DNA of 64,000 bases from Opitutia bacterium. Its GTDB lineage: Bacteria > Verrucomicrobiota > Verrucomicrobiia > Opitutales > Opitutaceae. The notes below the pieces were generated by a model. The model searched no databases. It was given only the letters and a program-made list of their open reading frames with translations, and was not told the origin of the DNA. Positions 1 through 14,528 of the stretch are shown here, piece after piece (position 1 is the first letter of the stretch; each line of letters opens with the position of its first letter). Where the stretch lies: contig CANJVR010000003.1 in assembly GCA_947478395.1 (NCBI GenBank), positions 256,001-320,000 on the forward strand, written 5' to 3'. The translations under genes were made by a program, and so were the position numbers.

Positions 1-161
1 AGGGTTTCGACCTTCATCTTGGCGTTGGAGCCGAGACGCATGATGGAGCCGTCGCCGAACGTTTTCGTGATGGCGGAAAGGGCGAGTTCGATATTTTTCT
101 CGCGCGCGTGCGCGGCGGGCGCAACGGCGGCGGACTTGGTGGCGGGAGCGGCTTTAGACAT
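1..161 (-). CDS. recA: Recombinase RecA, 5' part (runs off the window start)
   Basis: Manual translation MSKAAPATKSAAVAPAAHAREKNIELALSAITKTFGDGSIMRLGSNAKMKVET matches the RecA N-terminus (AL..I.K.FG.GSIMRLG). Confidence 0.93.
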   Translation of the reverse strand, partial: MSKAAPATKSAAVAPAAHAREKNIELALSAITKTFGDGSIMRLGSNAKMKVET

Positions 162-270
162 GGCGGGAGGAGTTAGAGGGAACGGTTAACCTTAATTGAA
201 GAGCAAAGATGAGAGAGCGGGGCAGGGGAGAAGCAAGCGCTGCGTGTGAAATACGTGGCCGCTGACAAAC

Positions 271-642
271 TTAGTGGCCGCTGGGCGGCGTCGCGCCTGG
301 CTTGAAGGCCGTTGCGAACCAGACGGCGAGCAGGATCAGCGCGAAGCTCACGCCGTAGTTCCACGTGATTTTTTCCTTCAGGACGAGGGCCGCAAACACG
401 ACAAAGACGGCGAGGGTGATGCACTCCTGGATGATCTTCAGCTGGTAGCCGCTAAACTCGCCGCTCAGATAACCACCCCGATTGGCCGGCACCATCAGGC
501 AGTACTCGAAGAACGCGATGCCCCACGACACGACGATGACGGTGAGCAGCGATTTCCCCTCGAGAAACTTGAACTTCAGGTGTCCATACCAAGCAAACGT
601 CATGAAAACGTTGGAGGCCGCGAGGAGGAGGATGGTTTTCAT
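271..642 (-). CDS. DMT family small membrane protein (DUF486-type)
   Basis: SNVFMTFAWYGHLK, SWGIAFFEYCLMVPANR and QLKIIQE motifs. Confidence 0.85.
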   Translation of the reverse strand: MKTILLLAASNVFMTFAWYGHLKFKFLEGKSLLTVIVVSWGIAFFEYCLMVPANRGGYLSGEFSGYQLKIIQECITLAVFVVFAALVLKEKITWNYGVSFALILLAVWFATAFKPGATPPSGH

Positions 643-754
643 CGTTTGAAACCGAATCTTGGAGCACCAACCGGCGCTAATCACCGCTATTGCAGGAAGC
701 TCGGGCGAAGAGATTCGTGCCTAGCGCGGATCGGCGAAAATTAGCGTTCCCGAT

Positions 755-1729
755 TCAGGCGCGATAGTAGGTTTTGAACCACGCGACGAAGCGGCGCAGG
801 CCTTCTTCGAGCGGGACTTTCGGGGTGTAACCCACCGCAGCGGTGACGCGGGTGAGATCGGCGCAAGTCTCCAGCATGTCCCCCGTTTGAGGCGGAAGCA
901 GTTCGAGTTGCGCGGTCCGACCGAGGAGTTGTTCCAGTATTTGGACAAACAACAACGTCTCGACAGGGCGATGGTGTCCGAGATTGAAAATCCGCGCCGG
1001 CGGTACGGGCGCCTCTGCGGGAGGGTGGAGCAGGGTGCGCACGACGCCGTCGACGATATCGTCCACGTAGGTGAAATCACGGAGGTTCTTGCCGTGATTA
1101 AAAAGCTTCAGCGGCGTACCTGCGCACAGCGCGCGGGCGAAAATCGTCGGCGCCATATCGGGCCGACCCCACGGACCATAAACGGTGAAGAATCGCAGGC
1201 CAGTGACATTGAGTCCATGGGTGCGCGCGTAGCTGTGAGCGAGAAGTTCGTTAGCCTTCTTGGTTGCGCCGTAAAACGAAGTCGGCTGATCGGTGTCGTC
1301 CGTCTCACGAAACGGCGCCCGTGCCCCGGCACCGTAAACGCTGCTGCTCGAGGCATAGACGAGGTGTTTCGGCGGCGTACGGCGGCAGGCTTCCAGCACG
1401 CTGGCGAACCCTACGAGGTTGCTGTGCGTGTAAGCGGCGGGATTTTCCAGGCTGTAGCGCACACCCGGCTGCGCGCCGAGATGCACCACGTAATCCGGCC
1501 GAAAGTGGGCGACGATGCTATCCAAACGCTCCGCCTCGGCGAAGTCGGCCTGCATGAAACGAAATTTTTCCAGCGGCTGAAGTTCGGCCAGTCGCGCGCG
1601 TTTCAGTGCCACGTCGTAATAGTCCCCGAGGTTATCCAGTCCTAGCACATCGCAGCGTTTGGTCTCGGCGAGCCGACGCGCCACGTGGGAGCCGATGAAG
1701 CCGGCCGCGCCGGTCACGAGGACTTTCAT
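755..1729 (-). CDS. NAD-dependent epimerase, UDP-glucuronate 4-epimerase-like
   Basis: VTGAAGFIG, HLGAQPGVRYS, YASSSSVYG, YGATK, LRFFTVYGPWGRPDMA. Confidence 0.9.
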   Translation of the reverse strand: MKVLVTGAAGFIGSHVARRLAETKRCDVLGLDNLGDYYDVALKRARLAELQPLEKFRFMQADFAEAERLDSIVAHFRPDYVVHLGAQPGVRYSLENPAAYTHSNLVGFASVLEACRRTPPKHLVYASSSSVYGAGARAPFRETDDTDQPTSFYGATKKANELLAHSYARTHGLNVTGLRFFTVYGPWGRPDMAPTIFARALCAGTPLKLFNHGKNLRDFTYVDDIVDGVVRTLLHPPAEAPVPPARIFNLGHHRPVETLLFVQILEQLLGRTAQLELLPPQTGDMLETCADLTRVTAAVGYTPKVPLEEGLRRFVAWFKTYYRA

Positions 1730-1982
1730 TCCGCGAGCGATAAAGCCCAGCACTGGCGGCGGGAAGCTCCAAATTCAAACGCCGACGTGCCGGTAAATTC
1801 AGGGCCGCCCTTGAATCCACCGCACCGATCCTTGGACCGCGCACAACGATGAACGCCGATGGAACGGCGGCGAAAACATGGGATGGCCGTAAAAAATTTG
1901 CGCCACGACAAAGACGGGGCTTGCGGGAGCAAAAACGAGTTGTATCACTTGCGCCGTTTCTGTCCGCATCCACGTTCACCCA

Positions 1983-2318
1983 ATGAAGATCAAAGCCTAT
2001 CTGAAGCCCTCCTGCGGGTGGTCCAATGGCGTCCGCGCCATCATGCGGAAGCATAATCTCGCTTTCGAAGACATCGATATCATCAACAACCGCACCAATT
2101 ACGCGGAGATGGTGGCGAAGTCCGGCCAGCCGCTTTCGCCCTGCGTCGAAATCGATGGCGTGATGCTCGCCGACATCTCGGGCGAGGAAGTCGAAAATTA
2201 CCTGCTCAGCAACGATCTGGTAAAGCCGACCGATATTCCGGCCGGCACGGCGACCAACGCCGGGTGCTCCGACGAGGAGCACGCGAAGATGGCGACCAAA
2301 ACGGTGCGCTTCTTTTGA
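1983..2318 (+). CDS. Monothiol glutaredoxin-like protein
   Basis: CGWS active-site motif; SGQPLSPCVEIDG resembles the Grx TVP loop. Confidence 0.8.
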   Translation: MKIKAYLKPSCGWSNGVRAIMRKHNLAFEDIDIINNRTNYAEMVAKSGQPLSPCVEIDGVMLADISGEEVENYLLSNDLVKPTDIPAGTATNAGCSDEEHAKMATKTVRFF

Positions 2319-2352
2319 TGAGATCGAGGGCTCACCGCTCCTAAAGCACCCG

Positions 2353-2387
2353 GGCCGCTCTCGCACCAGCAGACCGGCCTTTTTTTT
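2353..2387 (+). terminator. Putative intrinsic terminator after the glutaredoxin gene
   Basis: GGCCG...CGGCC imperfect stem followed by T8. Confidence 0.55.
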
Positions 2388-2503
2388 GCACATTCACCAA
2401 GCATCACGTCAACGCCCCGCCCGCGCGCACGAATCATGCTGTTAGCTCTCTTCCACCTGACTCTGAATTCCTGACACCTGTGAACACCCACCGGCCCCCG
2501 GAC

Positions 2504-7138
<4,635 letters not shown>

Positions 7139-7172
7139 GCAGAGTAAACCGATAAGTTTTAAGTCGGTAACC

Positions 7173-7217
7173 CTTACTCTTCCTACTCCTCTTACACCTC
7201 TTACTTCTCCTACACCT
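7173..7217 (+). repeat. 5 x 9-bp degenerate tandem repeat between gltB and gltD
   Basis: cttactctt cctactcct cttacacct cttacttct cctacacct. Confidence 0.75.
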
Positions 7218-7223
7218 CCGATC

Positions 7224-8708
7224 ATGGGCAAACCAACTGGCTTCATCGAATACCTGCGCGAGCTTCCCGTCGACCGCACACCGACCGAACGAGTGAAGGA
7301 CTGGAAGGAATTTCACCACCACATGGAGGAGAAAAAACTCCGCCATCAGGGTGCACGCTGCATGGATTGCGGCGTTCCATTCTGCCATACCGGCAAACTC
7401 ATCAGCGGCATGGCGTCCGGTTGTCCCATCAACAACCTCATCCCGGAGTGGAACGATCTCGTCTACCGCGGCCTATGGCACGAAGCGCTCGATCGTCTGC
7501 ACAAGACGAATAATTTCCCGGAGTTCACCGGCCGTGTTTGTCCCGCGCCCTGCGAAGGCTCCTGCGTGCTCGGCATGAACAATCCGCCGGTCACGATCAA
7601 AAACATCGAGGCCGCCATCACGGATCGCGGCTGGGATGAAGGTTGGGTTTTCCCCGAGACACCCAAGGTCCGCACGGGCAAGAAAGTCGCCGTCATTGGT
7701 TCTGGCCCCGCCGGTCTCTCGGCCGCTGCTCAACTCAACAAAGCCGGTCATACCGTGACGGTCTTCGAACGCGCCGATCGTCCCGGCGGATTACTCATGT
7801 ACGGCATCCCGAACATGAAGCTCGATAAAAAGGAAGTCGTGCTGCGCCGCATCCAGCTCATGGAGCAGGAAGGCATCAAATTCATCTGCAACGCGACGGT
7901 GGGCGAAAACGTCGAGGCGCAGATTTTCCTGAAGGAATACGACGCCACCGTCATCTGCACCGGCGCGACCAAGCCGCGCGATCTCCCGATCGAAGGCCGC
8001 AACCTCAAGGGCGTGCACTTCGCGATGGAATTTCTCACCGAAAACACCAAGGCGGTGCTCAATGGCGGCGCCGAGCACGCGGCGATTCACGCGAAGGACA
8101 AAGACGTAATCGTAATCGGCGGCGGCGACACCGGCACGGACTGCGTCGGCACGTCGATGCGCCACGGAGCGAAAAGCATCACGCAAATCGAAATTCTCCC
8201 GAAGCCCCCCCTTGATCGGCAGGCCGACAATCCCTGGCCCGAGTGGCCGAAGGTCTACAAGATGGACTACGGCCAAGAAGAAGCCGCGGCAAAATTCGGC
8301 GCTGATCCGCGCGTGTATCTCACCACCGTAAAAAAATTCATCGGTGACGCTGACGGCAAGTTGAAGGAAATCGTGACCGTCGAAATCAAGTGGGAAAAGA
8401 ACGAGCAGGGTCAGTTTATCCCCAAGGAACAGCCCGGCACCGAAAAGACGCGTCCCGCCCAACTCGTCCTGCTGGCGATGGGTTTCGTCGGGCCTGAGCA
8501 ATCGATCCTCAAGGACATCGGTGTGGCCGTCGACGGGCGTACCAACATCAAGGCCGAGCACGAAAAATACACGACCAACGTTCCGCGGATTTTCGCCGCC
8601 GGCGATTGTCGGCGTGGCCAAAGCCTCGTCGTCTGGGCGATTAACGAAGGCCGCGGCGCCGCCCGCGAGTGCGACCGCTTCCTGATGGGCGCGACCGACC
8701 TGCCGTAA
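7224..8708 (+). CDS. gltD: Glutamate synthase small subunit
   Basis: [52 protein letters not shown]. Confidence 0.97.
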   Translation: MGKPTGFIEYLRELPVDRTPTERVKDWKEFHHHMEEKKLRHQGARCMDCGVPFCHTGKLISGMASGCPINNLIPEWNDLVYRGLWHEALDRLHKTNNFPEFTGRVCPAPCEGSCVLGMNNPPVTIKNIEAAITDRGWDEGWVFPETPKVRTGKKVAVIGSGPAGLSAAAQLNKAGHTVTVFERADRPGGLLMYGIPNMKLDKKEVVLRRIQLMEQEGIKFICNATVGENVEAQIFLKEYDATVICTGATKPRDLPIEGRNLKGVHFAMEFLTENTKAVLNGGAEHAAIHAKDKDVIVIGGGDTGTDCVGTSMRHGAKSITQIEILPKPPLDRQADNPWPEWPKVYKMDYGQEEAAAKFGADPRVYLTTVKKFIGDADGKLKEIVTVEIKWEKNEQGQFIPKEQPGTEKTRPAQLVLLAMGFVGPEQSILKDIGVAVDGRTNIKAEHEKYTTNVPRIFAAGDCRRGQSLVVWAINEGRGAARECDRFLMGATDLP

Positions 8709-9158
8709 CCAGCCGAGCTTTCTCGACAAGATATGAGCGGGGTCGCGTACCCCCGCTCGGGGAGACTTGCGTATCATCGATTCTTCCACCCCTTCGCGGC
8801 ACTATCCTCCGGGTTCTTCAACTCGCCCGACGGCTACATTCTCCGCAACAACCGCATCGGACACGGCGCGCGCGAGTTGATTCACCGCGGCGCTCAACCC
8901 CGGCAACTCCAGCGGCCACTCGTCAACCCTGGCGGCGAAACTCATCGGCGTGAACCCAGCCATCGTCCGACGCGCCCAGGAAATCTGTTTCGCGATTGCG
9001 AGCAACACCCGGGACGGAATGCGGACCGTTCCCGCTTTCAGATGCTAATCAAGATCCGGGTGACGGGAATCGGCTCGGCTTAAACTCGCCTTCAGTGAAA
9101 TAACCCCGTGCCGCCGTTTTGTTTGGTTTTGCGCGGAGCAGTGAGTCAGCGTCGCACC

Positions 9159-10148
9159 ATGCCTCGATATTCTGGCTTCGATTCTAGTTCACGATCAGGC
9201 CCGCGGGAAACCACTTCCGGCGGTGAATTTGTCGCCCCGAGCGGAATGCGTCCCCGCGGCGCGGGCCTGGCGCGCGACGCGACTCCGTCACGGCCGGCTC
9301 CCGTCATGTCCGCCAAACCAGCTGTGGCTTCCCCGGCGCCGAAAACGGCCGTCGTGAAACCCGCCGAACGCGAGGGCGAAGAACCACGCGGTTCCCGCAG
9401 TGGTCCCGCGCGCGATGAATTAAAACTCTGCGGACTCACCGCGGTGCGGGCCCGTTTTGCCCGCGATCCCGGATCAATCCTCCGGCTTTTTTTCGATTAT
9501 CCGACCGGCAAACAGATCGGCGTGATGTGCAAGGTGCTCGCGCAGGGCAAAAAAGTTTATCGCTGTGTCGAACCAGCCGAACTCGAAAAAATCGCGGGCT
9601 CGATTCACCACGGCGGCATCGTCGCGGTCTGCGCACCGGCCGCTTTGAAAGCGGCGACGTCTGACGAACTCGCGAAATGGGCGCGGCGCGGCGAGGCCGT
9701 GCTGGTGCTCGATCGCATCGGGAACGCACACAACCTCGGTGCGATCGCGCGCACCGCCGCGTTCTTCGGCGTGCCCCGCATCGTGATTCCAGACGACGCG
9801 GCCTCGGCGAAACCCACCGACGCCGCCCATCGCGTGGCCGAGGGCGGTTTTGAACATCTCGAAGTCTGGCAGACGAAAAATCTCGCGGCGTTCGCGAAGG
9901 ATCTCGGTGCCGCCGGTTACGAAGTGATTGGTGCCGCCACGCGCGGTGGACGCGCCGACGCCACGCACGCCCAAAACCGCAAGCCGGTCGCGCTCTTACT
10001 GGGCAATGAAGAACATGGTCTGGCTCCCGACGTGACGGCCGCTTGCACCCGACTCGTGACCATCCCCGGGACCGGAAAAGTGGAATCGCTTAACGTCTCA
10101 GTCGCCGCAGCCGTGTTGATGTGGGAGCTGTTGGCGCGGCGCGATTGA
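9159..10148 (+). CDS. TrmH/SpoU family RNA 2'-O-methyltransferase with a low-complexity N-terminus
   Basis: HNLGAIARTA, LLGNEEHGL, IPGTGKVESLNVSVAA SPOUT motifs. Confidence 0.92.
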   Translation: MPRYSGFDSSSRSGPRETTSGGEFVAPSGMRPRGAGLARDATPSRPAPVMSAKPAVASPAPKTAVVKPAEREGEEPRGSRSGPARDELKLCGLTAVRARFARDPGSILRLFFDYPTGKQIGVMCKVLAQGKKVYRCVEPAELEKIAGSIHHGGIVAVCAPAALKAATSDELAKWARRGEAVLVLDRIGNAHNLGAIARTAAFFGVPRIVIPDDAASAKPTDAAHRVAEGGFEHLEVWQTKNLAAFAKDLGAAGYEVIGAATRGGRADATHAQNRKPVALLLGNEEHGLAPDVTAACTRLVTIPGTGKVESLNVSVAAAVLMWELLARRD

Positions 10149-10371
10149 GCGGCCCGGTCGGTTGACTGGAGCGTTGCCTCTGAGCGTACGCGAACGGCGT
10201 TCGCGCTTTTCAACAGGCGGGTGACGTCAGCCGGGGCATCGCTCGGTGCGTTGGCCTCCGCGTTGGCCCTTCCAAAATCATCCTAAGCTTTAAATCCGTA
10301 GATTTTCCGCCGCGGATCTAGTTCGTCGGGCGTAGGGCAACGTTCCAAGGAACTACCGCCGCGGAATGAAG

Positions 10372-11667
10372 TTAAGCCTCCGCTTTCAGCGGAGCAAACT
10401 TCGGAACGAGCAGATGGAAGCTAGCGAGCGCGGCGAGATATGAGCAGCCAGCGATGATGAAAATTACGGTATAAACGTGATTCCCATCGGCCCCGGGTTT
10501 CTGTGCATCGAAAAGATTGCTCGTGAGATTGAGTAACAGAATCGCCCCGACCGAACCGGCCGTGCCGCCGAGACCCGCGACGGTCGCGACCGCGTGCTTA
10601 GGAAAAAGGTCGGAGACGCTCGTGTAGAGATTCGAGGACCAGCCCTGATGAGCGGCCATCATGAGACCGACGATAAAAACCGCCAGCCACAGGTTGCTAA
10701 TCTGAGTCACGAGCACGATCGGCAGCACGCACACGACGCACAAAAGCATCGCCGTCTTGCGCGCGCCATTGAGCGACCACCCCCGATGAAGGAGGGCCGA
10801 AGAAAGGCCACCACCACCCACGCTTCCCAGTGTCGCCATCAGGTAAATGGCAAAAAACGGCAGGCCTGCCGTCTTAATGCTCACCTTGAAATGATCGTAG
10901 AAAAAGGTCGGGAGCAGATAGACATTCCACCGAAAAATCATGTCCGTGAAAAATTTTCCCATGATGAACGCCCAGGCCTGCCGCGTGGCAAGGATGCGCC
11001 GGACCGGAATCATTTCGGTGATCGTATCAGGTGGATCGCTCTGGATAAGCGCGAGCTCGGCGGGAGAGACGCGCGGATGCACCGAGGGCAAACGGTAAAG
11101 AGCCGCCCAGAAAAGCAGCCAAATCAAGCCGCCACCGCCGAGAGCGATAAACGTCCATTGCCACCCGTAGTTGGAGAAGAGCCACGCCGCGATCAAAGGC
11201 ATGAGCATCGTGCCGACGTTGCTCCCGGCGTTGAACGCGCCGGCAACGGTGGCGCGTTCGCGCCGGGGAAACCACTCGGCCGCAGCCTTCGTCGCCGCCG
11301 GCCAAGCGCCCGATTCCGTGAGTCCGAGAAAGAACCGCACAATTTTAAAACCCACCACGGTCGCCACGCCGGCGTGCAGCGTGGAAACGAGACACCACGC
11401 GGCGAAAGACACCGCCAAGCCCAACTTCGTCCCAACTCGATCCAAAATCCGACCGGCAAACGCCAAGCCGATCGCGTAGGCGACTTCGAACCAGAGAGAA
11501 ATCGAAGGAATGTCGCTGTCACTCCAGTGGAATATTTTTTTCAATTCCGGAGCGAGCTGACCAAACAAAGCGCGATCGACGTAGTTGATCGTAGTCGCGG
11601 CGAATAATAAACCGCAGATCACCCACCGGAAGTGAGTCATCCGAGAAATCGGAGCAGGAGCGGACAT
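10372..11667 (-). CDS. MFS transporter, ExuT/hexuronate-like (ACS family)
   Basis: RWVICGLLFAATTINYVDR, WFPRRERA..FNAGSNVG, AAHQGWSSNL. Confidence 0.9.
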   Translation of the reverse strand: MSAPAPISRMTHFRWVICGLLFAATTINYVDRALFGQLAPELKKIFHWSDSDIPSISLWFEVAYAIGLAFAGRILDRVGTKLGLAVSFAAWCLVSTLHAGVATVVGFKIVRFFLGLTESGAWPAATKAAAEWFPRRERATVAGAFNAGSNVGTMLMPLIAAWLFSNYGWQWTFIALGGGGLIWLLFWAALYRLPSVHPRVSPAELALIQSDPPDTITEMIPVRRILATRQAWAFIMGKFFTDMIFRWNVYLLPTFFYDHFKVSIKTAGLPFFAIYLMATLGSVGGGGLSSALLHRGWSLNGARKTAMLLCVVCVLPIVLVTQISNLWLAVFIVGLMMAAHQGWSSNLYTSVSDLFPKHAVATVAGLGGTAGSVGAILLLNLTSNLFDAQKPGADGNHVYTVIFIIAGCSYLAALASFHLLVPKFAPLKAEA

Positions 11668-11713
11668 TTTGGGGTGGGGTAAAAGCTAAACTAAGAAAGC
11701 CGGGCGCCGCCGA

Positions 11714-12520
11714 TCAGGTGGGCGGCTTCGGCTTCGCCACGAGCGCTCGGGTGTCGTTCACCGTGATGCCACCATCGACGAGCAGGGTCTGCCCGGTGAC
11801 GTATGCACTGGCATCACTCGAAAGAAACACGAGCGCCCCGGTAAGATCATCGATCTGTCCCGGACGGCGCAGAGGAATCTTATCGCTCAGATATTTCACC
11901 CACTCGAGGTTGTCGTAGAGCACAGCGTTCTGAGCGGTTTTAAACCAGCCGGGGGCGAGACAATTTACCGTCACGCCATGCGGGCCCCAATCGGCCGCGA
12001 GGCTCATCGTCAATTGCTTGATGCCGCCGCGACTCGCGCCGTAGGGCGTAAGACCGGCATAGCCGGCGACGCTGGTGACCGAGCCGATGTTCACGATGCG
12101 ACCGCGACCGGCCGCGATCATGTGCGGAGCAACAGCCTGCGCGACGAAGAAGGGGCCGCGCAGATTGGTATCGAGAATCGTGTTCCAGTCTTCCCAGGAA
12201 ACCTCCAGTGCCGGTTTACGAATGTTACAGCCGGCATTGTTGATCAGGATATCGAACTTGCCGAAATGCGCATGCGCGGCAGCGACGGCAGCGACGATGC
12301 TCTTGTGATCACGCACGTCGAGGACGACGGGGAACGCGCGCCGCCCGAGCGCAGTGATGGCGCTGGCGGTCGCTTCGAGCGATTCAAGGGTGCGGCTCGT
12401 GATGGCGACGTCGGCGCCGGCACGCGCGAGCGAGAGGGCGAAGTGTTTACCAAGACCACGGCTGGCGCCGGTAACGAGGGCAACTTTGCCGGTGAGATCG
12501 AAAATGGCGGGAGATGACAT
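11714..12520 (-). CDS. SDR oxidoreductase, gluconate 5-dehydrogenase/KduD-like
   Basis: FDLTGKVALVTGASRGLG, NNAG, NIGS, YGASR, GQTLLVDGG. Confidence 0.85.
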   Translation of the reverse strand: MSSPAIFDLTGKVALVTGASRGLGKHFALSLARAGADVAITSRTLESLEATASAITALGRRAFPVVLDVRDHKSIVAAVAAAHAHFGKFDILINNAGCNIRKPALEVSWEDWNTILDTNLRGPFFVAQAVAPHMIAAGRGRIVNIGSVTSVAGYAGLTPYGASRGGIKQLTMSLAADWGPHGVTVNCLAPGWFKTAQNAVLYDNLEWVKYLSDKIPLRRPGQIDDLTGALVFLSSDASAYVTGQTLLVDGGITVNDTRALVAKPKPPT

Positions 12521-12581
12521 GGAAAAATGCAGGGAGGAAGAAGTAGCGACCGTGATGTGACGACCTGCCGTTGATTTAGCC

Positions 12582-13616
12582 TTACGGGGTCAGAATGACC
12601 TTCATGAATTTGCTGCCGTCTTTTTGGCTGAGGCGATCGAACCATTCCGCGCCTTCCGCAAGCGGCGCAACCGCGCTGATCATCGGTTCGACGCGAACGA
12701 TGCCGCGCGCGATGAGATCGAGGCACAAGGGATATTCGCCGGAAGAACCACACGTGCCGTGCAGGGTGAGCTCTTTGGTCACGACGGCCTGCAAGGGGAA
12801 ATCGGTTTTGGGGGCAAGGTTGCCTACAAGCACCGCGTGGCCGCCCCGCCGCAGGGTGGCGATGGCGAGGTTGAGCGTAGGCGAAATGCCGACGACCTCC
12901 ATCGCGACATCCGCGCCGCGACCCTCGGTGAGTTTGCCGACCTCAGCCACCACGTCGCAAGCATCGGACTTCAACGTATGCGTCGCGCCCAGCTCCTTCG
13001 CGAGGGCAAGGCGGTTTTCTGCGAGATCGACGGCGATGATCTGTTTCGCGCCGGCCCAGCGGAGGACTTGAATGACAAAAAGACCGATCATGCCCGCGCC
13101 TACGACGACGGCCGTGTCGGTCGGCGCAATCTTCACCCGCTGGACGGCGTGCACGGCGATGGAAACCGGTTCGACCATGGCGGCGTGGGTGAAACTCAGC
13201 GCATCCGGCAACTGGTAGAGAATGCGCGCCGGCAGGGCGAGTTGCTCCGCGAACGCCCCGTGCTGACGGTATTCGACCGGGGACACGCCGACGACCCGGC
13301 GGTTTTCGCACAGATTGACCTGTCCCGCGCGGCAAGGACCGCAGTTGCCACAATAAATGGTGGAATCGAACGTGACCCGATCGCCGGCCCGCCAGCGCTG
13401 GACCTTGGGGCCGACGGCAATAATTTCACCCGAGGCTTCGTGGCCCATGACCAACGGCGGGCGGCGACGGCCGGTGGAGCCATCCCAGCCATGGATATCG
13501 CTGCCGCAAATGCCGCAAGCACGGATGCGCAGCAGGACTTCTTCATCGGCCGGAACCGGCGCTGGGAAGTCGACAAACTCTAGTTTAGAAGGGGCGGTAA
13601 GGAGAAGGGCTTTCAC
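12582..13616 (-). CDS. Zn-dependent sugar/polyol dehydrogenase (MDR family), GTG start
   Basis: GICGSD, GHE, CGNCGPC..C Zn site, GAGMIG. Confidence 0.9.
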   Translation of the reverse strand: MKALLLTAPSKLEFVDFPAPVPADEEVLLRIRACGICGSDIHGWDGSTGRRRPPLVMGHEASGEIIAVGPKVQRWRAGDRVTFDSTIYCGNCGPCRAGQVNLCENRRVVGVSPVEYRQHGAFAEQLALPARILYQLPDALSFTHAAMVEPVSIAVHAVQRVKIAPTDTAVVVGAGMIGLFVIQVLRWAGAKQIIAVDLAENRLALAKELGATHTLKSDACDVVAEVGKLTEGRGADVAMEVVGISPTLNLAIATLRRGGHAVLVGNLAPKTDFPLQAVVTKELTLHGTCGSSGEYPLCLDLIARGIVRVEPMISAVAPLAEGAEWFDRLSQKDGSKFMKVILTP

Positions 13617-13856
13617 GGGTAAGAGGATTGAATGCAGAAGTGCGAATAAGAGTCACGCCTCGGATTCATTCGAGCGCGGCCGGCTCATTTCCGCGGGCAA
13701 ACGGACCGCTGGCTCCCGGATTTCGAGTAAAAAGCACGGACGCTTCAGCCGACCAACCTGCCGCTCTGTCCGATTCCAGATAAAAAAATAAAATTGCAGG
13801 CGAGCCTTTGCTCAGCTGAATCCTTTTTCGTCAATCAACGTCATCCCAACCCGACC

Positions 13857-14288
13857 ATGAAAAATCGCCTCCTTATTGCCCTAACTGCCCTCGCTCTCTC
13901 CGCCTCGTCTGCGTTTTGCGCCGACGAGCCCAAAACCGAGCTCGGCGAAAAAATGACCGCCATCAGCACCGCTTTCCGGGCGATCGGCCGCCAAGCCGCG
14001 GACGCCACCAAGAATGCGGATACCCTGACGAAGATCGCCAGCATGAAGGCTGCGCTTGAAGCGTCATCCCATTTGAAGCCCGCGACCACGGCGGATAAAC
14101 CTGCCGCTGAGCAGGCCGCTTACGTCGCCAAGTTCCAATCCGAAATCAAGGACATGATCGCCTTGGTTGGTAAGTTGGAAGAGGCCATCAAAGGTGGTCA
14201 CAATGACGCCGCCGCGAAGATCATCGACGAAGTGAAAGCGGAACAGTCCAAGGACCACAAAGAATTCCGTAAACAGGCCGCCAAGTAA
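13857..14288 (+). CDS. Secreted cytochrome b562-like four-helix protein
   Basis: Signal peptide; Met near the mature N-terminus (GEKM) and C-terminal KDHKEFR His motif typical of b562. Confidence 0.7.
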   Translation: MKNRLLIALTALALSASSAFCADEPKTELGEKMTAISTAFRAIGRQAADATKNADTLTKIASMKAALEASSHLKPATTADKPAAEQAAYVAKFQSEIKDMIALVGKLEEAIKGGHNDAAAKIIDEVKAEQSKDHKEFRKQAAK

Positions 14289-14315
14289 TCGGGCCGTTTA
14301 CCTCATCAGATTTCC

Positions 14316-14353
14316 AGCCGCGTCGCCTTAAAGGCGACGCGGCTTTTTGTTTT
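14316..14353 (+). terminator. Intrinsic terminator
   Basis: AGCCGCGTCGCCTT-A-AAGGCGACGCGGCT perfect inverted repeat followed by TTTTGTTTT. Confidence 0.85.
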
Positions 14354-14488
14354 ACAGATCCGAGAGGCGGCCAAAAACGCCGCACCGACCCCGGCCGCTC
14401 CCACGCCAGCAGCGAAGCCCTGAAAGAGTAGGGCAGGTTTTTCTAATAATCCGCCGCTGCGACCCAGCTCACAGAGAGAGCGACGACA

Positions 14489-14522
14489 AACCGGCGCGTT
14501 AAGGATAACGCGCCCTACCTTT
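14489..14522 (-). repeat. GTAG-type REP-like palindrome, copy 1
   Basis: Reverse complement AAAGGTAGGGCGCGTTATCCTTAACGCGCCGGTT is 33/34 identical to 16048..16081. Confidence 0.8.
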
Positions 14523-14528
14523 CCGCGC

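Noticed and set aside
162..270. LexA/SOS box upstream of recA
   Set aside because: No TGTTC-N4-GAACA or CTGT-N8-ACAG palindrome is visible.
10290..10370. Imperfect inverted repeat between the TrmH and MFS genes
   Set aside because: Too degenerate to call; probably a weak terminator or chance.
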